DNA of 40,848 bases from a virus. This document shows positions 29,403-38,719 of this stretch, piece after piece; within the stretch, counting starts at the first letter, position 1, and each line of letters opens with the position of its first letter. Location: IMG/VR virus record IMGVR_UViG_3300043609_000024, one strand, 5' to 3'. The notes below the pieces were generated by a model. That model searched no databases. It saw nothing but the letters and a program-made list of their open reading frames with translations, and was not told the DNA's origin. The position numbers and the translations under genes are program-made.

Positions 29403-31078
29403 GGCGTTGGGAAGATATTCGGGGAGGCTCTGCTCACATTGTTAAACCACTTGTTGTTTTGCGCCGTGATACCGGGGCCCGCAAACGCCACTCCAGCGGG
29501 GGTGCCGAGGTTCTTGATATAGAAATTGTTGGCTCCCAGAGCTAGCGTTGGGTTGACGAGCGGCTGTTCCCTCTCCCAAGTCTTACCGCTCGACCAGTTG
29601 GTGCCGAATTTCGCCAAGTTCGAGCCGCCGAAGGCCCGCTCCACGTCCTTGAGGACTTGGGCATACAGCGCGGGATTGTTCCGCAGTCGCTGCTCTATCT
29701 CGGCGTTGTACGCTTCTTTATCCGTCGGGTAGTATTTCGGGTTCAGCGGGTTCTGCCCGGTCGCGTTCAGCCGGTTCAGCATGGCCTCTACGACAGCCGT
29801 GCGCCCTTCCGAACTGTTCTGATCTTCTTCCATCGCTTTCGCGACCAACTTGAACATCAAGTTCGGATCGTTGCGGGCGAGAGTTGCGTAGCTTTGGCGT
29901 TGTCCCGCGAGGAGGTTGGTGAGGGGATCGCGGGCGCTGGACTGGAATTGGTCGTAGTTGCCGGTGGGGCTCATGCTGCCGCTGCCTGTGCCTCCGGTAC
30001 CGAGGCCGAAATCATCAAACCCTTCGGTCCCGGTCTGGAACGGATTTCGTTTCTGGCCTCCGAAGTCCCAGCCGCCCCGGCCTTCGTTGGCCCCGTAGGT
30101 CATCCACTGTTCGAACGGGTCTTCACCGCGTTCCGCGATGTCGGGGTTCGCCGCCAGATATCCTGAATAATCGAACTCGGGCGTCGGCGCGGCACGGCCC
30201 TCGTTCTTGCCGAACGTATTGTAGTGCCAGAACGGGTCTTCGCCTCGCTGCGCGATATCGGGGTTATCCCGCAGGTACGCTGCTTTCGCCAGCTTCGTAT
30301 AATTATCCATCTCCTTGAAGCCGCCGGTACGTCCCTCGTTGATGCCGAATTTGAGGTACTGCTCCCACGGGTCCTCGCCGCGCCCCGCGACGTCGGGGTT
30401 CGCCCTCAGATACGCAGCCCCGTCGAACGTGTCCGAGGTCAGGGCCCGGCCCTCGTTCCTGCCGTATGTATTCCAGTGCTCCCACGGGTTTTCGTTTCGT
30501 TGCGCGATATCGGGGTTCTGGAACAGATACTCATACGGGTTGAAGATATTCTGGGACGGCCCGCTGACCGGCGTCGGCGGGGGCCCGAAGGTATTCTGCT
30601 GGGGCCCGGCTCCCAGCGCGGGATTGCCATAGTCGTTATAGGGCGCGCTCCCGCTGGTGAACACGTTGGGGACGGCAGCGCTTAAACCGCCGCCGAACGT
30701 GTTTTGCTGCCCCGCGCCAAAACTGAGGTTGCCGTAGGGGTTAAAGGCCGTGGTCCCGGTGTCGAACACCGAAGCGCCGCCGCCACCGCCGCCGCCACCG
30801 GGGGACAACGGCGTGCCGCTGAAGGAGCTTAGGTTGCGTTGATTGCCGGGGCTGTAGGTGCCGGGGTCTGCGGCAGGGCCAAACGTAGGGGACAGTGAGT
30901 TGGTCAGGTTCTGGTAGTACGGCGTCCCAAATCCGCCGGGGCCGTATGGCGTATTATGGTTGTACGCAAACAGCCCGCCGTTCAGGGCGTCGTTCGATTG
31001 CTGGTTCCACTGCGCCATCTGGTTGTTCTGATTGTTCAGAAAATTCTGGGTACCGGCGTTCGTGAATAGGTCAGACAT
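29399..31078 (-). CDS. 559-aa repeat protein: Q/N/G-rich N-terminus, four NPD-x-A-x-RGEDP...G.NEGR repeats, and a C-terminal possible cell-wall-hydrolase-like domain
   Basis: The ATG at 31078 lies 2 nt after the lipoprotein stop. The longer 31372 start would overlap that gene. The C-terminal segment SSEGRTAVVEAMLNRLNATG loosely resembles the SleB-type hydrolase motif (G..AV..V..NR). The functional call is weak. Confidence 0.6.
   Translation of the reverse strand: MSDLFTNAGTQNFLNNQNNQMAQWNQQSNDALNGGLFAYNHNTPYGPGGFGTPYYQNLTNSLSPTFGPAADPGTYSPGNQRNLSSFSGTPLSPGGGGGGGGASVFDTGTTAFNPYGNLSFGAGQQNTFGGGLSAAVPNVFTSGSAPYNDYGNPALGAGPQQNTFGPPPTPVSGPSQNIFNPYEYLFQNPDIAQRNENPWEHWNTYGRNEGRALTSDTFDGAAYLRANPDVAGRGEDPWEQYLKFGINEGRTGGFKEMDNYTKLAKAAYLRDNPDIAQRGEDPFWHYNTFGKNEGRAAPTPEFDYSGYLAANPDIAERGEDPFEQWMTYGANEGRGGWDFGGQKRNPFQTGTEGFDDFGLGTGGTGSGSMSPTGNYDQFQSSARDPLTNLLAGQRQSYATLARNDPNLMFKLVAKAMEEDQNSSEGRTAVVEAMLNRLNATGQNPLNPKYYPTDKEAYNAEIEQRLRNNPALYAQVLKDVERAFGGSNLAKFGTNWSSGKTWEREQPLVNPTLALGANNFYIKNLGTPAGVAFAGPGITAQNNKWFNNVSRASPNIFPTP
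30077..30532 (-). repeat. Four tandem ~36-45-aa coding repeats
   Basis: The four units are YLFQNPDIAQRNENPWEHWNTYGRNEGR, YLRANPDVAGRGEDPWEQYLKFGINEGR, YLRDNPDIAQRGEDPFWHYNTFGKNEGR and YLAANPDIAERGEDPFEQWMTYGANEGR. Confidence 0.9.
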
Positions 31079-31080
31079 GG

Positions 31081-31338
31081 CTAGGGCCCTCTTCGGTTGC
31101 CGGTGCAGCGCGCCATATCGAGGCTGTTGCGGGCGGTCTGCTTGCATTGCATCTCGGCGTTGATCGCGTCCACTTCGGCGCGGCGGTAAACGTCGGGGTC
31201 GTAGAGTTCGAGCCCCAGCCGTTGCTGGGCGCAGCCGCTCAGAAACACCACGATGATGATCATGACGGCGATCACTGCAATCGTCAGCACCGGACGTTGC
31301 CGGGCCCTGCGAAAGAAGCGGTCGCCAAGCTGGGTCAT
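31081..31338 (-). CDS. Small lipoprotein (85 aa precursor)
   Basis: The precursor has a basic n-region (RFFRRARQR), a hydrophobic core ([16 protein letters not shown]) and a lipobox (LSGC). ATGA overlap with the upstream fibre gene. Confidence 0.7.
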   Translation of the reverse strand: MTQLGDRFFRRARQRPVLTIAVIAVMIIIVVFLSGCAQQRLGLELYDPDVYRRAEVDAINAEMQCKQTARNSLDMARCTGNRRGP

Positions 31339-33236
31339 TTTGGCTCCACCTCGAAGTAGCCTTCCAGTTCACGGACCCGGGCCCTGAGGGCTTTAAGCTC
31401 CTGCAGGATCACCGGCACATACTTCGAGTAGTCCACGCCCCAGAACTCGGGCCCGGCCTCGCTCTCTTCGTTATGGACGATGGCTGCCGGGTAGACCTCG
31501 ACGGCCTGCTGCGCGATCACGCCATAGGAGCGTTCCTTGGTGGACCGCCACGCGAAATCGTAGACGTTGGTCTGTTCGATGATGTTGCCCGCGTCGAAGC
31601 TGCGCAGGTCTTCCTTCAGTTCGGCGCTGGAGGCGGTGGCGTAGGTCACGGCGGTCGGGGACTGGGTAATCTGGCCCACGGAGCCGTTGGACGTGTTTAC
31701 GAACGCTATCGCGGTGGTGGTATCCGCAGCGGGCCTGAAGCCCATGCCGTACTGAATAGCACCACCAGCGAAGGTGATGTGAGCAGCAGCGTTGTATGGA
31801 TCGAGGCCGCTGATGCCGACGTTCAGGCCGGGAACACTAACAAAACCGCCGAGGAAATTGAACTTGCCGACCTCGTAGGAGAGGTAATTGCTGCCCGCGC
31901 TGCCGAAGCGGTAGACGCCGTCGGTGGTGCTGCCGCCCATCCACTGCTTGATGCCGTCGGCAGCGATAGTGGCGTGTGCCACTCCTGCAAAGGTGCGGAA
32001 GTTCGTCGCGGTGGCGGCGTCGATGTAGTTGTTGCCGGTGCCGTTGTTATCGATGATGAGACTGCCATACGATCCGGTCACAGCGAGCGGTGTGACCCCC
32101 GCAGGCACGGTGATGGAGGCACCGCCCGTCATGATCACGGCACCTCCGGAGAACTGGAAGTTGGTACCGTTATAAGTCAAGTACTTGGTGCCGGTGTTAC
32201 CGAAGTAGTAGCTGCCGGTAGTCGGTGCCCCAGTCACTGTGCTGACGAAATTGGCGGTCGAGATGATGCCGGGAGCGTAGAGCGCACCTCCGCCAAACTG
32301 AAAGTTGGTGCCGTCAAAAGACAGGTACTTGGTGCCGGTATTGCCGAAGTAGTAACTGCCGGTGGTCGGTGTCGCGGTCACTGAGCTTATGAAATTGCCG
32401 GTCGAGATGATGCCGGGCGCGGTCAGCGTCCCGGTCATGGTGTCGCCAGCCTTCGCCACCCGCGAGGTGTCGCTGGGGTGGCGGTGGTCGCCGCGTGCGT
32501 AGAGTAGCGCCGTTCCCGGCGCGGCGGTGCCATCCATCAGCGGCGCGGCATCGCTGGGCACTTGTGGATCGCCCTTGACGCCCTGCACGCCCTGAATGCC
32601 CTGCGGCCCCTGCGAGCCGGTTGCGCCGGTATCGCCCTTGACGCCCTGCAAGCCCTGCGGCCCCTGCGCGCCGGTCGCCCCCGTCGCGCCGGGCGTACCC
32701 GCCGCACCCGTATCGCCCTTGACGCCTTGAGGGCCCGGCAAGCCGGGATCGCCTTGCGCGCCGGTTGCACCCGTTGCACCCGTTGCGCCGGGCGTGCCTT
32801 GGAGACCCTGCACACCGGGGTCGCCTTTCGGGCCTTGAGCACCGGTTGCGCCCGTGGCACCGGCAGGGCCCGTTGCGCCCGTGTCGCCCTTCGGGCCTTG
32901 CGCGCCCGTGGCTCCCGTGGGTCCCGGCGGCCCTTGGATGGGACCGGCGTTGATCCACGCCGAGGTATCGGCATCCCATACCCAGAGATCACCAGTCGCG
33001 GTGACGACGTAGGCGTCACCCTCGACGTTGCCTGTCGGCGGCAGCGAGCCGACGTTTGGCACCTGACCTTTGAGGTTGATGCCGGTGCCAGCCGACCCCT
33101 GCGGCCCGGCCGGACCCACCGGCCCCTGCACCCCGGTTGACCCTGTCGGCCCGGCAGGACCTGTCGGGCCCGGCGGCCCGGCGAGAGCGAGGTCCTGCCA
33201 GCCTTCGGAGGTGCGAACGCGAACGGCGTAGTTCAT
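31335..33236 (-). CDS. Collagen-like tail fibre with C-terminal intramolecular chaperone (Peptidase_S74) domain (633 aa)
   Basis: Long G-X-Y runs. An internal ~47-aa duplication ([46 protein letters not shown], two copies). The C-terminus [12 protein letters not shown]...[13 protein letters not shown]...[19 protein letters not shown] is typical of the S74 chaperone. The ATG at 33236 overlaps the upstream stop (ATGA). Confidence 0.85.
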   Translation of the reverse strand: MNYAVRVRTSEGWQDLALAGPPGPTGPAGPTGSTGVQGPVGPAGPQGSAGTGINLKGQVPNVGSLPPTGNVEGDAYVVTATGDLWVWDADTSAWINAGPIQGPPGPTGATGAQGPKGDTGATGPAGATGATGAQGPKGDPGVQGLQGTPGATGATGATGAQGDPGLPGPQGVKGDTGAAGTPGATGATGAQGPQGLQGVKGDTGATGSQGPQGIQGVQGVKGDPQVPSDAAPLMDGTAAPGTALLYARGDHRHPSDTSRVAKAGDTMTGTLTAPGIISTGNFISSVTATPTTGSYYFGNTGTKYLSFDGTNFQFGGGALYAPGIISTANFVSTVTGAPTTGSYYFGNTGTKYLTYNGTNFQFSGGAVIMTGGASITVPAGVTPLAVTGSYGSLIIDNNGTGNNYIDAATATNFRTFAGVAHATIAADGIKQWMGGSTTDGVYRFGSAGSNYLSYEVGKFNFLGGFVSVPGLNVGISGLDPYNAAAHITFAGGAIQYGMGFRPAADTTTAIAFVNTSNGSVGQITQSPTAVTYATASSAELKEDLRSFDAGNIIEQTNVYDFAWRSTKERSYGVIAQQAVEVYPAAIVHNEESEAGPEFWGVDYSKYVPVILQELKALRARVRELEGYFEVEPK

Positions 33237-33640
33237 GTCAATGCCACCTGTTTCGTGACGCCGTTGATGCGAATAAACAGGCCAGCCTCCGTCATCCACA
33301 TCTCGCCATCGATTGGATCTACGGGAGTGGCGCGGGGAGCCATACGCAAGGCACCCGAGATGGTGAACGTGCCATCGTCGCCGAAAATGTGTGTCGCTAC
33401 GGTCGCGGCCGCATTGATCAGCGAAAGGCTTGGAGTTGCTCCGGGGTTCGTCCGCATGAACCGGGTGTAGCCCGCGATATTTTTCCAGAACACGCCGCCA
33501 TAGTCGCCCGACGATACCGACAGGTTACCCGTCATCTCGTCGCCGGTCGTATTGACGTAGCGGACGTCGGCATCGGCTTGGCTGATGCCGCCTCCGCCAC
33601 TGCCGCCCGCTGCACTGGGGGATAATTCGACATATGCCAT
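33233..33640 (-). CDS. Small tail-fibre-associated protein (135 aa)
   Basis: ORF within the fibre cluster. Gly-rich N-terminus and beta-rich body. Coupled to the downstream fibre gene. Confidence 0.55.
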   Translation of the reverse strand: MAYVELSPSAAGGSGGGGISQADADVRYVNTTGDEMTGNLSVSSGDYGGVFWKNIAGYTRFMRTNPGATPSLSLINAAATVATHIFGDDGTFTISGALRMAPRATPVDPIDGEMWMTEAGLFIRINGVTKQVALT

Positions 33641-33655
33641 TTCACATCGCTCCCA

Positions 33656-35230
33656 TCACAGGCTCGCAATCTGGTTCGCGCCTATAGCTGCCGTTATGGC
33701 CCCCGGCCAAATACAAAGTTCAGTAATCCATCCGGTAAACGGCTCGGGGACGGCACTCAGGCCAAAGAAAAGCTGGCCTCCAAAATCACCGCTGCCGACA
33801 TTCTGGTTAGGTGTGTCCGCGCCACTGGGCGACGCGACAGATGCAATGTTGATGTGGCTGGAAGCACCATTGTAGACGCATTGCGTGGCGTACCATGTGT
33901 TCATATTGGCGGTGCCAAATTGCAACGTACCGCCGCCCGCATGCAGATAGAACGTGGCCGTATTGCCGGTGTAGCCAAAACGCGGAATGAGCGAAGTGCC
34001 GCAGAATATTCCGTTCGGTACACCACCGGCTGTTTGCGCTGTCTGGCGAGAGACAACAGACGCGGTAAATGGCTGCGCAAAAGCAGGGAGGGCTATCTGT
34101 GGTCTCGTCGGGAGTGACCCGTCAAAGACAAGCGCCGCGCGTCCAGCAGTCAGTCCTGTCGGACTGATAATAATGCGAGGCAACTGACCATTAACGCCAT
34201 ACGTCATGTCGCTGCCTGTCGCCAGCTGATCATACCAGAGCTGTACGACTGCGGTGCCGTGCGCCGCGATCCACGCATTCAGCGCGGCGTAATCCAGCAG
34301 TCCGCTTGGAAGAATAAAGATGTCTGTCGCGAAGTTGAAGCTGTTGTCGCAAATCTTCATCGCCTTGGTCGTTCCGGTCATCTGCGCGGCGCTGTAGGCA
34401 CGCAAACCGTAGAAACAAATGGCTCCCGGCAGAATGTCGCCCGGCCCCTGATAGGCCGGGGCACCGGCAATCGGTCCCACCGCCGTTGATGTGGCGCTGG
34501 CACTGCCCGCGCCATTGGTGGCGGTGACTGTGACGGTAATCATCGCGGAAAGATCGGCAGTCACCAGCAGATATGTACCTGCCGTAGCGCCGCTGATGAC
34601 GGTGCCGCCGCGCTTCCACTGATAGGTGTAGGACGGCGATCCGCTCCACGTCCCGCTGCTGGCGGTCAGTGTCGAACCAACCTGCACCGTGCCGGAAATG
34701 CCGGGCAGCGCGGTATTGGCAGGTGGCGTCTCCGCATCCCAGCGGTACATCTTGTTGGTGTCTTTCGCGACGTAGATCGAGGCAACCACGCCCGTCGCCG
34801 GGAACGACGCGAGATTGGCGTATTCGAAAACTTCGGTAGCGCCGCCACTGCCGACCGATGGCGCAAGCTCGTCGGTGTCCACCCACAGCGCGCCGATCTC
34901 GACGCTGCCGGGGTCGTTCGGCTGCTCGTAGACCTCAACCTGCCCCTCGGGGCCGACGGGGCCGGTAGCGCCGGGAGCCCCGGTGGCACCCGTCGCACCC
35001 GTGGGGCCCGAGGGCCCGGGATTGCCCTGCACGCCCTGAACGCCTTGGGAACCGGTGTCGCCCTTGACGCCTTGGGCACCCGTTGCGCCGGTATCGCCTT
35101 TGACGCCTTGGACGCCTTGCGCGCCGGTATCGCCCTTCGGGCCCTGCGGCCCCGGCACGGAACTGGCGGCACCCGGGTCGCCTTTCGGCCCGGGAGGTCC
35201 CTTGATGTTGGTTTCAAGCCCCCAAGCCAT
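33656..35230 (-). CDS. Collagen-like tail fibre / receptor-binding candidate with an Ig-like repeat and a lectin-like C-terminus (524 aa)
   Basis: The N-terminal ~100 aa are G-X-Y repeats ([10 protein letters not shown]...). The Ig-like segment is [63 protein letters not shown]. Confidence 0.75.
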   Translation of the reverse strand: MAWGLETNIKGPPGPKGDPGAASSVPGPQGPKGDTGAQGVQGVKGDTGATGAQGVKGDTGSQGVQGVQGNPGPSGPTGATGATGAPGATGPVGPEGQVEVYEQPNDPGSVEIGALWVDTDELAPSVGSGGATEVFEYANLASFPATGVVASIYVAKDTNKMYRWDAETPPANTALPGISGTVQVGSTLTASSGTWSGSPSYTYQWKRGGTVISGATAGTYLLVTADLSAMITVTVTATNGAGSASATSTAVGPIAGAPAYQGPGDILPGAICFYGLRAYSAAQMTGTTKAMKICDNSFNFATDIFILPSGLLDYAALNAWIAAHGTAVVQLWYDQLATGSDMTYGVNGQLPRIIISPTGLTAGRAALVFDGSLPTRPQIALPAFAQPFTASVVSRQTAQTAGGVPNGIFCGTSLIPRFGYTGNTATFYLHAGGGTLQFGTANMNTWYATQCVYNGASSHINIASVASPSGADTPNQNVGSGDFGGQLFFGLSAVPEPFTGWITELCIWPGAITAAIGANQIASL

Positions 35231-35839
35231 TCACACGCCCTTGAATGCGGTCCACGCCGTGCCGTTCCAGCGGTAGACGTCGCCAGTGAGTTCATCCAGA
35301 CACATATCGCCCACCACCCGGTCGCCGCCGGGTACGGAAGCACTGGGCGGCCCGGAGGTCGTGTACCAGCGCGATCCGCGTATGCCCGGGTCTCCCTTGG
35401 GTCCCTCCGCGCCCGTCGCACCCACGGGGCCCGCAGGCCCGCTGGGGCCGGTCTGGAACGTAGCAGGACCAAGCGGGCCCGTGTTCCGGTAGCCGTAGCC
35501 GTCCATCGACAAGCGCCCGTAGGCGAACATCACCTGCGGCGCTCCTGCGGCATCCCGGGTGTAGAGTTCGATGTGGTAGTCGTCGTTCAGGACGGACGCG
35601 GGAACCTTGGCCAGACCGGCGGCTCCATCCTCGTCGTAGATGTCGATGTCGTAGCCGACGGCCCCGGATCGGGTGAACGGGCGCATCACCATCTGCGGGT
35701 GCATGTTCTTGATGTTCGTATAGGGCTGGTTGGCTTGGTTCTTGAAACTATAATAGAAATAGCCGAGTTCCCCCATCGCGGCGGTGAAGCCAATCGGGGC
35801 CCGCCCCATCCAGTTGATGTAGACCGTCGAGTACAGCAT
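35231..35839 (-). CDS. Tail fibre/adaptor protein with a short collagen-like segment (202 aa)
   Basis: Collagen-like segment: GPLGPATFQTGPSGPAGPVGATGAEGPKGDPGIRG. Lies within the fibre cluster. Confidence 0.65.
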   Translation of the reverse strand: MLYSTVYINWMGRAPIGFTAAMGELGYFYYSFKNQANQPYTNIKNMHPQMVMRPFTRSGAVGYDIDIYDEDGAAGLAKVPASVLNDDYHIELYTRDAAGAPQVMFAYGRLSMDGYGYRNTGPLGPATFQTGPSGPAGPVGATGAEGPKGDPGIRGSRWYTTSGPPSASVPGGDRVVGDMCLDELTGDVYRWNGTAWTAFKGV

Positions 35840-35842
35840 CGG

Positions 35843-36889
35843 TCAGGTTCCCTTGGCTTCGAGGGCTTCAATGCGGGCTTGCAGGGCGTCGATCTTCGCT
35901 TGGAGGTCTTCCTCCAGCGCCGTGATGGCCCCGGTGTAGGCGATGCGGCCCTGACGCTGGTCGTCGGCGTAGAGATCGAAACCCGAGCCGGTCCAGTTGA
36001 GATTGTAGCAAACCGTGCCGTAGCCGCCGCTGAAGCCCGCCTTGGACTGGATGCCATTGGCCAGCTTCACCTTGCCGTCGGCCGCACAGGAGATCGACAC
36101 CGGGGCGGCCCGGTTCCAGAACGTCACGGAGTTGTCGACCGGGTCCCAGTACCACTCGGCGGCAACCGAGGCGTCGCTCTTCTGCAACTGAATGCCCGCC
36201 GTGCCGCCGTTCGAGCGCGACACGAGGTTACCGCCGAGCGCATAAACAATCCCGTAACAGAAAATGCTGCCTGACGTGGTGACGCTTAACGCCTCGACAG
36301 CGCCCGGTGTCGCGATCTTTCCGACGGACATATTGAGGCCGACGGAACTCATGGTGCCCCACGTACCGAACGCCATCGCACCGTTGATGCGATTGATTAG
36401 CAGGGATTGCCCGAGATACGTGCCGTCGTCGGCGTAGCGATGCAGGTCGAAGTCCGAGCCCGCATTGGACCCGGTTTCGGGGCTGTCGTTGCCGAGCCGC
36501 ATCAGCCAGCGTTGCTTGCCGCCTTCCGTTCCGTTGATGTTGCTGCTGCCGCCCGGGACGCTGTTGAGCCACAGCGCCGGATTGATTGATGAGATGGTGA
36601 TGTCGCCGGTCATCGAGCCGCCGCCAGCGGCTAGCTTGGTGTCGGCATACGATTTGGTGACGGCATCCTGCGGGTTGATCGCGTCGGCAAGGCCCGTGAT
36701 CCGCTTCGAATTGAACGGGATGTTCTGGGTGATGAGGCTCTGGCCGTCCCGGGTGATGCAGTTGGAGATGCCAGCGGCGAAGTTGTCGTCTTCGCTGTCG
36801 TGCAGATCAGCCTTGATCTTGATGCCCGCCGCCGCGTCCTGCACCCAGTTGCGGACACGCTGGAAAACGCCTGAACCGTTGAACGGCAT
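35843..36889 (-). CDS. Tail fibre protein (348 aa)
   Basis: The N-terminus MPFNGSGVFQRVRNWVQDAAAGIKIKADLHDSEDDNFAAGISNCITRDGQS...ITGLADAINPQDAVTKSY resembles a fibre N-terminal pattern I recall from alphaproteobacterial phages and prophages. C-terminal coiled coil: LEEDLQAKIDALQARIEALEAKG. Confidence 0.7.
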   Translation of the reverse strand: MPFNGSGVFQRVRNWVQDAAAGIKIKADLHDSEDDNFAAGISNCITRDGQSLITQNIPFNSKRITGLADAINPQDAVTKSYADTKLAAGGGSMTGDITISSINPALWLNSVPGGSSNINGTEGGKQRWLMRLGNDSPETGSNAGSDFDLHRYADDGTYLGQSLLINRINGAMAFGTWGTMSSVGLNMSVGKIATPGAVEALSVTTSGSIFCYGIVYALGGNLVSRSNGGTAGIQLQKSDASVAAEWYWDPVDNSVTFWNRAAPVSISCAADGKVKLANGIQSKAGFSGGYGTVCYNLNWTGSGFDLYADDQRQGRIAYTGAITALEEDLQAKIDALQARIEALEAKGT

Positions 36890-36905
36890 ATCGGCTACCC
36901 CTTCA

Positions 36906-37139
36906 CTACTTCATGTCTTTGTCGGTGTCGGGGTGGATCGAAATCCGCAAATGAAGGCCCGGGCCCTTGCTAGGGGACTTCGGCAGCCCGAACTGGCTGC
37001 CGGGGTTCTGCGCGCCTTTTTGCATCTTCTTGGTCTTGGTGTAGCCGTCCCCAGTGGCTTCGGAAATAGCCTGTCCGCGCGGGGCCTTGGAATATTCCTT
37101 GGCGACCTGAGGCGGCACGTCGGCGGTGGTTTTGGCCAT
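36906..37139 (-). CDS. Small basic protein (77 aa)
   Basis: ORF fitting exactly between neighbours (2-nt and 16-nt gaps). K/P/G-rich. Confidence 0.45.
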   Translation of the reverse strand: MAKTTADVPPQVAKEYSKAPRGQAISEATGDGYTKTKKMQKGAQNPGSQFGLPKSPSKGPGLHLRISIHPDTDKDMK

Positions 37140-37141
37140 GG

Positions 37142-38719
37142 TTATCTATCCTTCTCATTGACGAAGCTCGCGGCGTAGTTGCCCGCGCCCCGTGCGGCGT
37201 CCCGGCTGGCTATTATCTTCGCGAGCAATTCGCGCGGGACATAGGCCCCCGGTAGTTCTTTTGTCGAGCCGGTGGCGATGTTGCGCAGGAGATCGTTGAC
37301 GCGATCCGCGCCCTGTTCGGCGATCATGCGCTTCAGCCCGCCGCTGGCCCCTTTTGCGCCCAAGCCCGCTGCTATCGCCGCCAGCCCGGCGGTCGAGGCC
37401 CCGCTGCCGAGGCCCTTTTCGTCGTTGAACACGAAGGGCAGCGCCGCGCCTCCCACTGCGCCTGCGGTGCCGTAGCCGAGCAGATTGTTGCCCCAGCGAT
37501 CCAAGCTCTTCGCCGCTGCCGCCGTCTTCGGCGAGCCCTCGGCAATCGTATCTATCAGGCGACGCTGCTCCGGATTGTTCGGGTTGAACTTGCCCGGGTT
37601 CTTGGTGAAATTGTCGGAGTATTTCTGGAACACCGACTGTGTCGCTTTTCCCGGGTCGTCAGCCTTGGCGGCGACCTCGGCCATGCCCTCTATTTTTGCG
37701 GAGTGCTTGCCGCTGGCGTAGAGTTCCTTGGCCGTATTGACGTCTTTGGCCGGGTTAACCCCGGCAGCAACGCTGGCGGCAGGCATGGTCGGCTTGGCCG
37801 TATTGAGAAAATTATCCACTTCGTCAGCCAGTTCGCCCGCGATCCGCCGCAGGCGCGGATCCGGGCTGGCCTTCAAATCGCTAATCTGGGTCTGCATGTT
37901 CCGCAATTGGGCCCATGTCATGCCCCGCCCCTGCGTGCCTCCGATTTCTTCAAGAACCGGGATTAGCTGCTTGTGCATGTTCGGGTTGAAGCCCTCTTGA
38001 ACGAGCTTGTTCACCACGTTCCCGGTTAGTGGCGCGGCTTCCTTGGCGCTGTATTTGATACCCGCGTCCTTGAGCGTCTCGAAGATTTCGCCCGCATCGG
38101 TTTTCATCTGCTGACCGCTGCCGCCCCGGCTGGCGACACCGAGGTCTTTCTTGGTCACGGCGTCCTTGAAGCGGCCCAGCAGGGCCCCGAGGATGCCGGT
38201 GGTCCCGGCACTGAGGCCGCCGCCGACGACGGCACCGCCAGCGGCGCTACCGACGTCCTTGGCGTTGTTGGAGGCCCCTTCGATAGCGCCCTGCACGCCG
38301 GACTGGAGCATCTGCTTGCCAAGGCTCGCGGGGCCCGTGGACTTGCCGCCGCCGACGAGGCTTCCGACAACATCCGTTGCCACCCCCAGCGGGGCCTTCC
38401 AGCCCTTGCTGGTATTGTCGATGGCGCGCTGCCGGTAGTCTTCTTCGGCACCGACGCCGCCACGATAGAGTTCGCCCGCCGTCGCGTCGCTGCCTTTGAG
38501 CTTGCCCTCGATCACCGACATCACGCCGCCGATGGGCTGCATCACGCCCGACGTGACTTGCCCCTTGAGCCGCTCCGAGAAGCCGGGCTCGCCCGCCGCC
38601 AGCAGGCGCTGGAGCCTTTCGCGGCGGATTTCCTGCTCGCGCGACGGCGTGTCGAATTCGAGCTTCCGCTCGCCTTCGACAGGTGCAGGGGCGGTATCGA
38701 ACTCCAGTTTTTCTGCCAT
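37142..38719 (-). CDS. Internal virion/ejection protein candidate with Gly/Ala-rich hydrophobic segments (525 aa)
   Basis: Glycine-zipper-like stretches GGAVVGGGLSAGTTGILGALLG, YGTAGAVGGAALPFVF and TAGLAAIAAGLGAKG. N-terminal duplicated KLEFDT motif. TGATG-type one-base coupling. Confidence 0.6.
   Translation of the reverse strand: MAEKLEFDTAPAPVEGERKLEFDTPSREQEIRRERLQRLLAAGEPGFSERLKGQVTSGVMQPIGGVMSVIEGKLKGSDATAGELYRGGVGAEEDYRQRAIDNTSKGWKAPLGVATDVVGSLVGGGKSTGPASLGKQMLQSGVQGAIEGASNNAKDVGSAAGGAVVGGGLSAGTTGILGALLGRFKDAVTKKDLGVASRGGSGQQMKTDAGEIFETLKDAGIKYSAKEAAPLTGNVVNKLVQEGFNPNMHKQLIPVLEEIGGTQGRGMTWAQLRNMQTQISDLKASPDPRLRRIAGELADEVDNFLNTAKPTMPAASVAAGVNPAKDVNTAKELYASGKHSAKIEGMAEVAAKADDPGKATQSVFQKYSDNFTKNPGKFNPNNPEQRRLIDTIAEGSPKTAAAAKSLDRWGNNLLGYGTAGAVGGAALPFVFNDEKGLGSGASTAGLAAIAAGLGAKGASGGLKRMIAEQGADRVNDLLRNIATGSTKELPGAYVPRELLAKIIASRDAARGAGNYAASFVNEKDR

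Noticed and set aside
31079-31372. N-terminal extension of the 559-aa protein (the ORF-track start at 31372 gives 657 aa)
   Set aside because: The extension is R/P/S-rich nonsense-like sequence. It overlaps, out of frame, a well-formed lipoprotein gene that is coupled to its neighbours. The ATG at 31078 fits the operon spacing.
32560-33180. Highly repetitive GC-rich DNA that could be mistaken for a non-coding satellite
   Set aside because: It has strict 9-nt (G-X-Y) periodicity in the frame of a long ORF with a recognisable C-terminal chaperone domain. It is a coding collagen-like repeat.
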